Source: Nitrospirota bacterium
GTDB taxonomy: Bacteria > Nitrospirota > Thermodesulfovibrionia > Thermodesulfovibrionales > UBA9159
Assembly: GCA_023382175.1 (NCBI GenBank)
Contig: JAMCQB010000153.1
Span: forward strand, 1,713-60,522
Length of the DNA: 58,810 nucleotides
Direction of reading: 5' to 3'
The notes beneath the pieces were generated by a model that was not told the origin of the DNA, searched no databases, and saw only the letters and a list, made by a program, of their open reading frames with translations. Positions 36,845 through 46,332 of this stretch are shown here, piece by piece. The stretch's first letter is position 1. The number at the start of each line of letters is the position of its first letter. Both the position numbers and the translations under genes were made by a program.

Positions 36845-38860
36845 CTATGCAAGCGCCTTTTCCGACTCTGTAAGCCAGAGGAGCCGTGAGCCATCAATAA
36901 CATGCATGTTCATTGACTGCATTATCTCATTCGTCGCTCCCTCAAGTTCTTCCCGGCGCGTAAAGGGATTGAAGGCAACCACCGGTTTCATTTTTGCGAG
37001 TTTCTTTGTTTCACTCTCTTTAGCCTCCTTCAGAGGCGTTCCCATTGCTTCTGAAAGGGCGACGAATATCTCCCGGTGGGATCTTGCCTCACCGGCGGGC
37101 TCGACAGCCTTGGCCAGCTGTTTCAGCCTTCCGAGATAGTCCACAATGGTGCCGTCCGCTTCGAGATATGCTGCTGCAGGCAGGACCACATCGGCCTGCT
37201 TTGCAATCTCTGTGAGATGAGAGGTCTGCACAATGAGAAAATCTGTGGAAGGTCTGCGACTCAGCGGAACTTCCCCTACTGCATAAAGAAGCTTCATGCC
37301 CTCCGTGGTCATCTCTCCGTAGGTCTTCCCTTCTTTCTTGATCCCCATGAGGATTATCCCTTTTGCATTGCTCTCCACAGGCATCGATACGGCAGCGCCT
37401 TTCAGGAGAGTCACGTTTGCGGCGGCCGGATAGAGGGCAGGGGACGACAGTATCACAGGGTTCTTGGCGCCAACAAAGAGCCCGGCCGCTGCCTCAACCA
37501 TCTCCGTAACCGGGGCGTCCGAGACTGCCGAAGCGAGTTCGCCGTCCGCCTTGATGCCTTTGTCCATGATTGCCTTCACCAGCGCCCTCAATGTCTCGGG
37601 CTCATCGCCCACAAGGTTAACCGCTGCGACTGATGAGATATTCGGCTCTGCAGAATTGATCGTGATCAGCTTTGCCCCTGCATTGACCCTTCTTCTGATG
37701 GTCGCATCGAGGGCAGGCAGCGCCCTTTTCCACTGGTTCGGATTGAGCCCCACAAGGACAAAGAGGTCTGCGGATTCGAGGTCAGCGCCCCCTGAGAGCA
37801 GCGTAGATTCATCGCCGTACAGGCTTGCGGTACTGTCAACGTTCTTCGTCTTTACCGCATCAGAGGCAAGCCTCTTCAGGGTCAGGGCGTCTTCATTAAG
37901 GATACCCGCCGGAGTGATGAATCCGGCATTCTCTCCCGCCTTCTTCATTTCCTTCGCAACGATTCCGAGGGCGTCTTCCCATGTTGTCTCCTGCAATTGA
38001 CCGTTTACGCGCTTCATGGGGACCCTGACCCGCGTGTCTGCCTCGATGCAGTCAAAGCCGAAGCGGCCATAAGCGCAGATGTATTTTTCAGGTGAACCGT
38101 CAGCGGCGCCCGCGTTTACTTTCACAAGCCTGCTGTCCTTTGTGCTCACGCTTATGTCGCAAGCGTTGCCGCAGAGGAGACAGACGGACTTTACCTTGTC
38201 ATAATCCCATTCCCTTCCCCTGCGCCACCTGTCGGCCTCGAGGAGGGCGTTCACCGGGCAGACGTCAACGCAACTGCCGCAGAATGTGCAGCCCGATTCA
38301 TGAAGGGGTTTGTCGTTTGCGGTAGTGACCTTCGAGCCCACGCCACGCCCCATGAATTCAAGGACATTCGTCCCCTGGTTTTTGCAGACCCTCACGCACC
38401 TTCCGCAGAGGACACAGTAGTCAGGATCCCGCTTGATGAACGGGTTCGCCTCGTCAATCGAGAAACCGAACTTCTTTCTCGTGAAATTCGACTCCTTGAT
38501 CTCGAAATCATAGGCATAATTCTGGAGGTTGCAGACACCGGCCTTCGTGCAGGTCATGCAGTCCAGGGGGTGCATCGAGAGGATGAGGTCTATCACGAAC
38601 TTCCTCGTCTCGAGGACCTTCTCCGTCTTTGTCCTGACCGCCATCCCTTCCTTCACCTTTGTTGTGCAGGCTATCATGGGGGCCTTCAGTCCCTCGACCT
38701 CGACCATGCACAACCGGCACGCGCCGATGCCTTTTAATCCCTTGAGGTAGCAGAGGTTCGGTATATGGATACCGCCAAGCTCTGCCGCATCGATAAGGTT
38801 CATCCCCTCGGGGGCATGGATCTCCTTGCCGTCTATCGTAAGCTTTATTGTATTTGCCAT
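36845..38860 (-). CDS. NuoG/HylA/SfrA-like Fe-S protein with a degenerate molybdopterin fold (no Mo ligand)
   Basis: 2Fe-2S (IPNLC...GACRLC...C), HPLDC..C.....C, two 4Fe-4S motifs, CLLCGNAC...C. NVDSTASLYG replaces the NIDHCAR(L/Y)(C/U)H ligand loop. Confidence 0.88.
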   Translation of the reverse strand: MANTIKLTIDGKEIHAPEGMNLIDAAELGGIHIPNLCYLKGLKGIGACRLCMVEVEGLKAPMIACTTKVKEGMAVRTKTEKVLETRKFVIDLILSMHPLDCMTCTKAGVCNLQNYAYDFEIKESNFTRKKFGFSIDEANPFIKRDPDYCVLCGRCVRVCKNQGTNVLEFMGRGVGSKVTTANDKPLHESGCTFCGSCVDVCPVNALLEADRWRRGREWDYDKVKSVCLLCGNACDISVSTKDSRLVKVNAGAADGSPEKYICAYGRFGFDCIEADTRVRVPMKRVNGQLQETTWEDALGIVAKEMKKAGENAGFITPAGILNEDALTLKRLASDAVKTKNVDSTASLYGDESTLLSGGADLESADLFVLVGLNPNQWKRALPALDATIRRRVNAGAKLITINSAEPNISSVAAVNLVGDEPETLRALVKAIMDKGIKADGELASAVSDAPVTEMVEAAAGLFVGAKNPVILSSPALYPAAANVTLLKGAAVSMPVESNAKGIILMGIKKEGKTYGEMTTEGMKLLYAVGEVPLSRRPSTDFLIVQTSHLTEIAKQADVVLPAAAYLEADGTIVDYLGRLKQLAKAVEPAGEARSHREIFVALSEAMGTPLKEAKESETKKLAKMKPVVAFNPFTRREELEGATNEIMQSMNMHVIDGSRLLWLTESEKALA

Positions 38861-38879
38861 TCAGACCTCCTCTTAATAT

Positions 38880-38947
38880 GTTACACGTGACACGTAACGG
38901 CGTTATGAGTTTTTAGATTTTGGACGTCACGCATTACGCGTTACGAG
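38880..38947. repeat. Intergenic heptamer-repeat element (TTACGCG family)
   Basis: ttacacg-tgacacg-taacggcg-ttatgag ... tcacgca-ttacgcg-ttacgag. Confidence 0.7.
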
Positions 38948-38953
38948 TTTTAT

Positions 38954-39556
38954 TTATACGCCTACCGCCTTTTTCTTCTTTGCCTCAACTATTACGATCG
39001 CTTCCGTGGGACAGACCTTCCTGCATTCGTCGCATTTGACGCACTTCTTCTGCCGTATCTCGAAGGGCGGATAGCCGCTATGGAAGGGCTTTTTCTTCTG
39101 CCCGAAGATCGCATGGTACTTGCAGGCATCGAGGCAGATCCCGCAGTTGTCGCATTTGTCGGGGATTACCCGGTACTCGATGAAAGCAGGGCACTTCATC
39201 GATGGGCAGATGCCACCGATATGCTTGTCATATTCATCCGTGCTCATCCATTGGAGGACAAATTTCGCGGTATCTTTCCCCTTCTTGCACATCGAGGATT
39301 CGAGCATGTCCCCCGCGATCCTCTTCAGCGCCCACAGGTCTGCTTCCCTGCCCCTGCCGTTTACGATGGTCTCGAGCCTTATCCTCGCTTCGTAGCTTCC
39401 CATGGCGCAGGGGAAACACCTTCCGCACATGGGACCTGCAAGAAACTCCGTCATGTAGTAGAAGGCTTTCTGCACGGGGCAGCCCTTTCCCTCGGCAAGC
39501 GTTCTTATCTCTTCAACCTTTAGCTCTCTCTTCTCGGTTGCACTTTTTTCAGTCAT
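38954..39556 (-). CDS. NuoF Fe-S-binding-region protein with two 4Fe-4S clusters (no flavin domain)
   Basis: CPV...MCGRCFPC...SMCKKG...H..G.CP...C, CDNCGIC...C, CVKCDEC...CP. Confidence 0.85.
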   Translation of the reverse strand: MTEKSATEKRELKVEEIRTLAEGKGCPVQKAFYYMTEFLAGPMCGRCFPCAMGSYEARIRLETIVNGRGREADLWALKRIAGDMLESSMCKKGKDTAKFVLQWMSTDEYDKHIGGICPSMKCPAFIEYRVIPDKCDNCGICLDACKYHAIFGQKKKPFHSGYPPFEIRQKKCVKCDECRKVCPTEAIVIVEAKKKKAVGV

Positions 39557-39565
39557 GCCTTACCT

Positions 39566-42029
39566 CTAATAGATATCCTCTGCCATATAGATAACCTCGG
39601 GCAGCAGGTAGGAAACCAGGTCCCTGTAAGAGACCATGCCGATGATCTTCTCGTCTTCCATGACGGGGAGATGTCTGATCTTCCTCTCCGACATCACCGT
39701 GATCGCCACACTGATGTCCGTCGAGGAGTCAAGGGTTATAGGTTTGGGGGTCATGATGGTTGCCATCGTCTCTTCCTTGAAGTTGATGTTCTTCGCAAAA
39801 CAGTGCATGATATCCCTTTCAGTGAAGATTCCGGCCAGCTTCTCGTCGTCGTCAAGGACCAGGATGGAACCGACATTCTGGCCGTCCATGACGGTCACCG
39901 CATCGGCGACAATACAGGTTGTCTTGCAGGTGACCATCTTTGACGGTTTCGCTTTTAACAGATCCTTTAATGTCATTCTCGCTCTCCTTTCGAGTATCTC
40001 GATTTTTTCAGGAGGCACTCTGAACTGCTCCTCGAGTTTCACGATACTCTCTTTTCTTATTTTGACCGCACCGATGGGACACGCGTGGAAGCATGCCTTG
40101 CATTTTGTGCAGGAATCCTGATCGATAAAGAAGCGTTCCCTCGTCTCTTTCACCGCGCCATAGGCGCAGGCCTGTTTGCAGAGCCCGCAGCTGAAACACT
40201 CGGCAGAATTGATCACAAAGACGCCCGTGCCTCCGCAGATGTTCGCCCTGCAGTACTTTCCATAGATGTGCTCTTCGTATTCATCCCTGAAATACTTGAT
40301 CGTGCTGAGGACCGGGTTTGGGGCTGACTGGCCGAGACCGCAGAGAGACCCCTTCTGGATTTGTTTTCCCATCTCGATAAGCCTCGCGATATCGCCGTGT
40401 TTGCCTCTGCCGCTTGTGATATCTTCAAGTATCCGGAGCATCTGGTAAGTGCCGATCCTGCACGGGGGGCACTTCCCGCAGGATTCCGACTGGGTAAAGG
40501 AGAGGAAGTATTTTGCCACGTCCACCATGCAGGTGTCCTCGTCCATGACGACCATGCCCCCGGAGCCCATCATTGAGCCGACCTTCCAGAGGGAATCGAA
40601 GTCTGCCGGCAGATCGAGAAGGCTTGCCGGCATGCAGCCCCCCGAAGGTCCACCGGTCTGGACTGCCTTTATTTTCTTGTCATTCAGCACTCCGCCACCG
40701 ATGTCGAAGATGATCTCCCTGAGCGGCATACCCATCGGGACTTCCACAAGTCCGGTGTTCTTGACCTTGCCGGTCAGAGCAAAGACCTTTGTGCCTGGAG
40801 AGGTCTCGGTCCCGATACTTCTGAACCAGTCCGCTCCTTTTTCTATTATCGGAGGGACACAGGCATAAGTCTCTATGTTGTTCAGGTTGCTGGGATATCC
40901 CCACACGCCTCCGCCGGGCTCGGAGAGTCTTGGCGGGCGGGGCCTCGGGAATCCCCTTTCGCCCTCGATCGAAGCAACAAGGGCAGTGGACTCGCCGCAG
41001 ACGAATGCACCCGCACCCTCTCTCACGTCAAGGTGAAAACTGAAATCCGTTCCGAGGATGTTCCTGCCGAGAAGCCCCAGATCTTCGGCCTGACCTATGG
41101 CATGTTTCAGGTTTCTTACCGCAAGGGGATATTCATGCCTCACATAGACGAATCCGAAGGACGCCCCGATGGCATAGGCACAGAGGAGCATCCCTTCGAA
41201 GAGACTGTGGGGATCGCCTTCCATGATCGACCTGTCCATGAAGGCGCCGGGGTCGCCTTCGTCGCCGTTGGCAATGACGAATTTTATGTTCCCGGGTGCG
41301 CTCTTTGTATGCATCCATTTCTTTCCGGCGGGGAACCCTGCGCCGCCTCTTCCCCTGAGGTTTGCCTTATCGACCTCGTGCAGCACATCATCAGGAGTCA
41401 TGGAAGACAGTGCCTTTTCCAGAGCGGCATATCCCCCAACAGCGATATAGTGATGGATGTTGGTAGGGTCGATCTTATCATTATTCCTCAATGCAATCCT
41501 CACCTGCTTTTTGTAAAAGGGCAGATTGAGCATCTCCGGGATAGGATCGCTCAGGATGTCTTCCCGGTAAAGGGCTTCCCTGAACGGTGTGCCTGCGACA
41601 AAGGTAGAGCTTATGAGCCCTGATGCATGCTCGGGTTTCACTCGCTGATAGAAAATCTCCTGAGGCTCTGTCTTCCCGGTAAAGGGCTTCCCTGAACGGT
41701 GTGCCTGCGACAAAGGTAGAGCTTATGAGCCCTGATGCATGCTCGGGTTTCACTCGCTGATAGAAAATCTCCTGAGGCTCTGTCTTCATGATCGGACCCT
41801 TCTGGCACATGCCCTGGCACCCTGTCTTGATGATCTCGATTCCCAGTCCCTTTTTCCTGGCCTCGTCTTCAAGGGCGTGAATAACCTTGGACGAACCTGA
41901 AGCAGTGCATGCGGTGCCGCAGCAGACCCTTGCCCTTTCCCTGTCAGGCTGAAAGACCTCCGATGCAAGCCGTTCTCTCAACCTCCGTAAATCCTCTATG
42001 TTCTGTAACCTCTCCATCCGGAACTCCAT
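39566..42029 (-). pseudogene. NuoF/HydB-like flavin subunit with a C-terminal CBS pair, frameshifted by a 112-bp tandem duplication
   Basis: ORF 41481-42029 (N-terminal VCCGTAC...TGCQGMC) plus ORF 39566-41713 (GRGGAGFP, GDEGDPGAFM, CGESTAL, GGPSGG, 4Fe-4S, CBS motifs GIFTERD and IRHLPV). Deleting one repeat copy gives one 783-aa ORF. Confidence 0.85.
41557..41787. repeat. Exact 112-bp tandem duplication bounded by TGTCTTC microhomology
   Basis: 41557-41668 equals 41669-41780; TGTCTTC occurs at 41557, 41669 and 41781. Confidence 0.95.
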
Positions 42030-42030
42030 T

Positions 42031-42513
42031 CTATTCTTTCACCATTGTGACCATCTTGTTGATCTTCTCCTGATCGATCTCGCCCACAACCTCCTCATTC
42101 ACGGTGATTACCGGTGCGAGACCGCAGCAGCCGACGCACCCCACGGTTTCGAGGGTCATCGATCCATCAGGAGTCGTTTCCCCTTCCTTGACCCCGAATT
42201 CCTCTTCGAGATTCTGGAGCACCTTTGAAGCGCCTCTTACGTGACAGGCAGTTCCCACACAGACACAGACGATGTTTTTCCCTCTCGGCTTAAAATAGAA
42301 ATGCCTGTAGAACGAGGCGGTGCTGTATACATCAGAAAGAGGAATATCGAGATTCCTCGAAAGTTCCCTGAGTTCGTCTTCGGGAAGATAGTTATGTTCC
42401 TTCTGTATCTTCTGAAAGGCGTGGATGAGAAGTCCCCTCTTCTTTTGATCTTCGCTCATAACCTCACCGACGCCTCTGTAGAATTCCTCGACGTTCATCC
42501 TATCCACGGGCAT
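42031..42513 (-). CDS. NuoE/HydC-like 2Fe-2S subunit (second copy)
   Basis: VCVGTACHVRG...VGCVGCCGLAP; RBS GGAGG. Confidence 0.92.
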   Translation of the reverse strand: MPVDRMNVEEFYRGVGEVMSEDQKKRGLLIHAFQKIQKEHNYLPEDELRELSRNLDIPLSDVYSTASFYRHFYFKPRGKNIVCVCVGTACHVRGASKVLQNLEEEFGVKEGETTPDGSMTLETVGCVGCCGLAPVITVNEEVVGEIDQEKINKMVTMVKE

Positions 42514-42810
42514 TTAACCTCCTTTTGCTCACGAGTCCATTATTATTTCAGAGCTTAAAAATTTATCACACCTCACTTCGCTATATCAACGTAACTATAA
42601 GTTTATTAACATTTCTAATTGCACCCTTGATTTAATGTCATTAAGAAAAGAGATGCCTGGGGAAGCAGCTGGATGTCAATAATCAAGTCTGGCCCTGATT
42701 CTTCACTTCCTGATTCTGAATTCCGTCGGAATGTAATGCAAGGAGAAGAAAAGCTGTCAGGATTTCTCGTCAAGCCTTTGATCCTGGGAACTCCCAGAAA
42801 TGTGGACTAC

Positions 42811-43302
42811 TCAGGCTGCGCGCGATGCGCCTGCCTTCACAAGGGTAGGGCGGAGGATTCTGACCGCCTCGTACGGGTCCATGCCCACAAGATAGCCCCG
42901 CTTGCCGCCGTTGATATAGACTTTCCGAAGATTGAGGATGGTCTCTTCCATATACACGGGGATTTCCACGTGTATACCGAAGGGAGATATCCCTCCTGCC
43001 TGATACCCTGAATACTGTTCCGCTTTGTCAGGGAGGCAGGGCGTGATGATCTTCGCTCCGATTATCCGCGCAAGTTCCTTTGTGGATGCCCTCATATCGC
43101 CGTGCATCAGAACGATAAAGGGATTTCCGTCCGCCTCGAGAAGAATCGTTTTCACCAGCGCGTGTTCATCTATGTTAAGTTCCCTCGCGCAGACCTCCGT
43201 AGAGCCTCCTTTTTCATAGGGGTAAAAGTGGTCTGTAAATGTAACCCCTGCTGCGCGCAAGATTTCCACCGCCGGTGTTACAGAGGACGCTTCTTCAGTC
43301 AT
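42811..43302 (-). CDS. ybaK: Cys-tRNA(Pro) deacylase YbaK
   Basis: TPA...L, VKT.L, GY..GGISPFG, INGG.RG. Confidence 0.9.
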   Translation of the reverse strand: MTEEASSVTPAVEILRAAGVTFTDHFYPYEKGGSTEVCARELNIDEHALVKTILLEADGNPFIVLMHGDMRASTKELARIIGAKIITPCLPDKAEQYSGYQAGGISPFGIHVEIPVYMEETILNLRKVYINGGKRGYLVGMDPYEAVRILRPTLVKAGASRAA

Positions 43303-43366
43303 GTCCGCACCTCGCTTCAATAGAAACTTCCCTATTTTATCATTTTGGAATCAAAAGCGCAGGTCC

Positions 43367-45298
43367 TTATGCCCGCGAGTCCTTCAGTTCAAAGATTTTC
43401 ACTTCCCTTTCCTTGCCTTTCACTTTCGCGGATGCAAGTTCCTTTACCGCCAGATGCCCAAACAAGCCATTCTTTATGAGGGGTTCTATATATGCAAAAG
43501 TATTTTCTGTGATAAGGATCCTCGTACCGTATTGCCTTGTTAATTTCTCTACCCTGGCTGCAAGATTCACATGGTCTCCTATTACCGTATAATCCATCTT
43601 CTTCCCTGGTGCTCCGATATTCCCTATCAGAACTTCACCGCTATTGATCCCTATGCCGACATCAAGGACATCAGTACCTCTCTGCCTCCATATCTCCTGC
43701 AACTTTGTCAGTTTCTCTGACATGTCAAGGGCGCATCGTAAAGCGAGCTCGGCGTGATTTGGTTGCTCTATGGGTGCGCTCCAGAGCGCCATGATCTCAT
43801 CTCCCACAAATTTATCAAGGGTCCCGTCCCATTTGAATATGATATCTGTCATCTCGTGAAAGTATTCATTAAGGAGGGAGACGACTTCCTCTGGCTGTCT
43901 TTTTTCGGAAAGGGAAGTAAATTCGATGACGTCCGAGAAGAGCACGGTCACCGTCCTCCTTACGCCGGAAAGAGTGGCCTTTTCCGGATTTTCGACGAGC
44001 TCTTTCACGATCTTCGGGGATACATAGCTCGAAAACATCTGGCGTATCTCCTTTGCCTTCTTTTCTTCATGGACGAACCTTATGACCGTCAAAGTGACAA
44101 AAATGGTAAACATGTTCGTGCCCGGATAGAGGAGATTTGCCCAGAGATTATGGTATACGAGCAGATAGCAGCAGACAAAGATATAGAGGAGTATGAAACC
44201 GGTGGCAAGGAAGGCACTGGAAATAGCCTTTAATCTTGGAAGAGTTAATCCAAGAATAATCCCGGTGAAGATAATAGCGATCAACTCAATAACACCGGGG
44301 CTCTTTTTTATAAAATTGTTTAAGAGAATGTTATTTACGACATTCGCATTCTTCTCCACTCCCGGCATATTGCCGGAAAAGGGCGTCACCTTCTGGTCGT
44401 AGGTGGCAAGGGCAGATGTCCCGACGAGGACTATCTTGTCTTTTAAGACATCAGAGGGGACTCTGTCTTTGAGCACATCCGAGGCAGAGATATAGGGAAA
44501 ACTTCGCTCTTTTCCCCTGTAATTTATTACGGCCCTACCGTACAGATCGGTGGAGATAAACGCACTGCCAAGACCTATCCCGGAGCCGCCGTAGAGGATC
44601 ATGTCTTTCATAGGAATGCCCAGGGCGACTCTCGCGATCTGGAGAGCAAACTGCGGATAACAGTCTTCACCGTAAGAAAGAGAAAGAATCTCCCATCGCT
44701 GAGATCCATCCATATCAGGCAGGGTATAGACATGACCGAGCGCTGCGACTGTGGAGATTTCGGGCAAGGAGGGCTTAACCTTTTCCGCCTTAACCGCAAA
44801 GTCCTTCCACTTAATTCCTTTTTGGCTTCTTACCTCCATGAAGGCAGAGTCCCAGAGAAAATCAGGGACTTCCTTTGGAGAACCGGCGACTGTCCTGCCC
44901 TGAGGGACCTCAAAGGCTGTGGCCAGTACTACGTTGTCCGCCTTTTTTATCGCTTCTGCAAGTTTTTCGTCTTTCTCAGGACTCTCCCTTTCGGTGAACA
45001 TAACATCGATGCCTATAACCTTAGGTCCTGCAGCCGAGATCTTATTCACAAGCGCTGCCATAACATCCCTCCCCCACGGCCATCTGCCTATTTCCCCGAT
45101 GCTTTTGTCGTCGATGGCAACGACGATAATATCCTTTGCCGGAGGCTGCTCCTTTATAAGGTTCCTCAGCCGGAGCCTGAGATCATAGGTTTTGCTTTCC
45201 AGATGTTCACGGATTATCAGGGGATCTTTAAGCTGCAGAACAACAAAAAACAGTGTGGAAAGGAAGGGGATAAGATAAAGCCAGAGCCTCTTCTTCAT
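43367..45298 (-). CDS. CHASE2-domain membrane adenylate cyclase (class III)
   Basis: CHASE2 motifs IDDKSI..IGRWPW.R and PGVE; three TMs; catalytic VLFSDV, DKFVGD (Lys suggests ATP) and YTVIGD.VNLAAR.E. Confidence 0.93.
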   Translation of the reverse strand: MKKRLWLYLIPFLSTLFFVVLQLKDPLIIREHLESKTYDLRLRLRNLIKEQPPAKDIIVVAIDDKSIGEIGRWPWGRDVMAALVNKISAAGPKVIGIDVMFTERESPEKDEKLAEAIKKADNVVLATAFEVPQGRTVAGSPKEVPDFLWDSAFMEVRSQKGIKWKDFAVKAEKVKPSLPEISTVAALGHVYTLPDMDGSQRWEILSLSYGEDCYPQFALQIARVALGIPMKDMILYGGSGIGLGSAFISTDLYGRAVINYRGKERSFPYISASDVLKDRVPSDVLKDKIVLVGTSALATYDQKVTPFSGNMPGVEKNANVVNNILLNNFIKKSPGVIELIAIIFTGIILGLTLPRLKAISSAFLATGFILLYIFVCCYLLVYHNLWANLLYPGTNMFTIFVTLTVIRFVHEEKKAKEIRQMFSSYVSPKIVKELVENPEKATLSGVRRTVTVLFSDVIEFTSLSEKRQPEEVVSLLNEYFHEMTDIIFKWDGTLDKFVGDEIMALWSAPIEQPNHAELALRCALDMSEKLTKLQEIWRQRGTDVLDVGIGINSGEVLIGNIGAPGKKMDYTVIGDHVNLAARVEKLTRQYGTRILITENTFAYIEPLIKNGLFGHLAVKELASAKVKGKEREVKIFELKDSRA

Positions 45299-45341
45299 GA
45301 ATAAGATTATACAGGTTCAAGACAAAAAATAAGAAATGAAG

Positions 45342-45367
45342 AAAAAAGGGTGCCGTTTACGGAACCC
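45342..45367 (-). terminator. Probable terminator after the FecR-like gene
   Basis: Minus strand GGGT-t-CCGT-aa-ACGG-c-ACCC-TTTTTT. Confidence 0.6.
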
Positions 45368-45429
45368 CTCAAAGTGTATCTATTCCCCTTGCCAGACTTA
45401 CCGCCGTCCCTTGTCCCTTAGCCCCATCA

Positions 45430-46332
45430 TTAATCTACGGGGGCCCCCCCAGGCCCATTATAAGGTGGTGGAGGCGGAGGATATATGTCCGGCGGAGGCG
45501 GTGGAGGTGGTGGAGGCGAAGGTGGTGGAGGCGAAGGCGGCGGTGGTGGAGGCGAAGGCGGTGGTGGTGGAGGTGGCGGTGGAGGAGGCGGTGGTGTTAC
45601 TGACTTTGGGGCTATGGGCGCTTGGTCACCGCGAGGCACGAAAACATCTTCAGCAGTACCCTCCAATTTGGCAGGACCAGGTCCCCAAATCCGTATTTCT
45701 TCGAAGTCGATATCTCTCAGGAGTTCCTCAATTTCCGCGTCAGAGGCCGGCGATGGCTGCGGAAGGGGCTCTCTCTCACATACCTCAATCTTGAACCGCG
45801 GTTTAAGCACCCGTAGTCCTTTGATATTGGTGTCAGGGCTGGTGACGAACACTTCCTTTTCAGTCTCGGTAGTTATCAGTTTGCTGCATATCTTTCCATC
45901 GATTTTTCTCACATGATAGAGAATGATAGTCCCCCTTGCTGCGGCCACCGCAGTGGGTGTCTGGACCTCAAATTGGGTTTTCCCGACAACCGACTTCATT
46001 TTGCCGTCGATGAGATTGAAGATGGACTTTCCGCCTTTGTCCTTGGCGTAAAGGAATTCTTTTATTACTACCTTCGATTTTTCTCCCATACTCAGGACAC
46101 TGTCGTCAGCAAAGAGCAGCTTTGCCCTGGAAGCCTCAAGGGTCGATACGGAATCCTTCAGGAGTATCCCGTCCTTTACCTTGGCATCTATAATCCTGTT
46201 ATCACGTTCGATGACTGTTTTACCTCGAAGGGCAACTACCGTGCCTACCTCATCCTTTGCCATGACAATGTCTGACAATCCCACAATGGAGAGGGTAATG
46301 ACAAGAAGTGTTATCAGTTTCAAGACTTTCAT
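45430..46332 (-). CDS. Secreted FecR-domain protein with a poly-proline C-terminal tail
   Basis: Signal peptide; FecR-like D...T...SRAKL.F.D.SVL.MGE.S, FEVQTPTAVAAARGT; Pro-rich tail. Confidence 0.85.
   Translation of the reverse strand: MKVLKLITLLVITLSIVGLSDIVMAKDEVGTVVALRGKTVIERDNRIIDAKVKDGILLKDSVSTLEASRAKLLFADDSVLSMGEKSKVVIKEFLYAKDKGGKSIFNLIDGKMKSVVGKTQFEVQTPTAVAAARGTIILYHVRKIDGKICSKLITTETEKEVFVTSPDTNIKGLRVLKPRFKIEVCEREPLPQPSPASDAEIEELLRDIDFEEIRIWGPGPAKLEGTAEDVFVPRGDQAPIAPKSVTPPPPPPPPPPPPPSPPPPPPSPPPPSPPPPPPPPPDIYPPPPPPYNGPGGAPVD
45464..45595 (-). repeat. Low-complexity poly-Pro coding tract
   Basis: GGTGGTGGAGGC(GAA) units on the + strand encode P-runs punctuated by Ser on the minus strand. 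Confidence 0.9.

Noticed and set aside
41557-41787. CRISPR-like or IS-related direct repeat
   Set aside because: Two abutting 112-bp copies of coding sequence with no spacers, terminal IRs, cas genes or transposase.
45485-45916. Gly-rich 143-aa plus-strand ORF (and the 45336-45794 ORF)
   Set aside because: Antisense shadows of the poly-Pro tract of the FecR gene.
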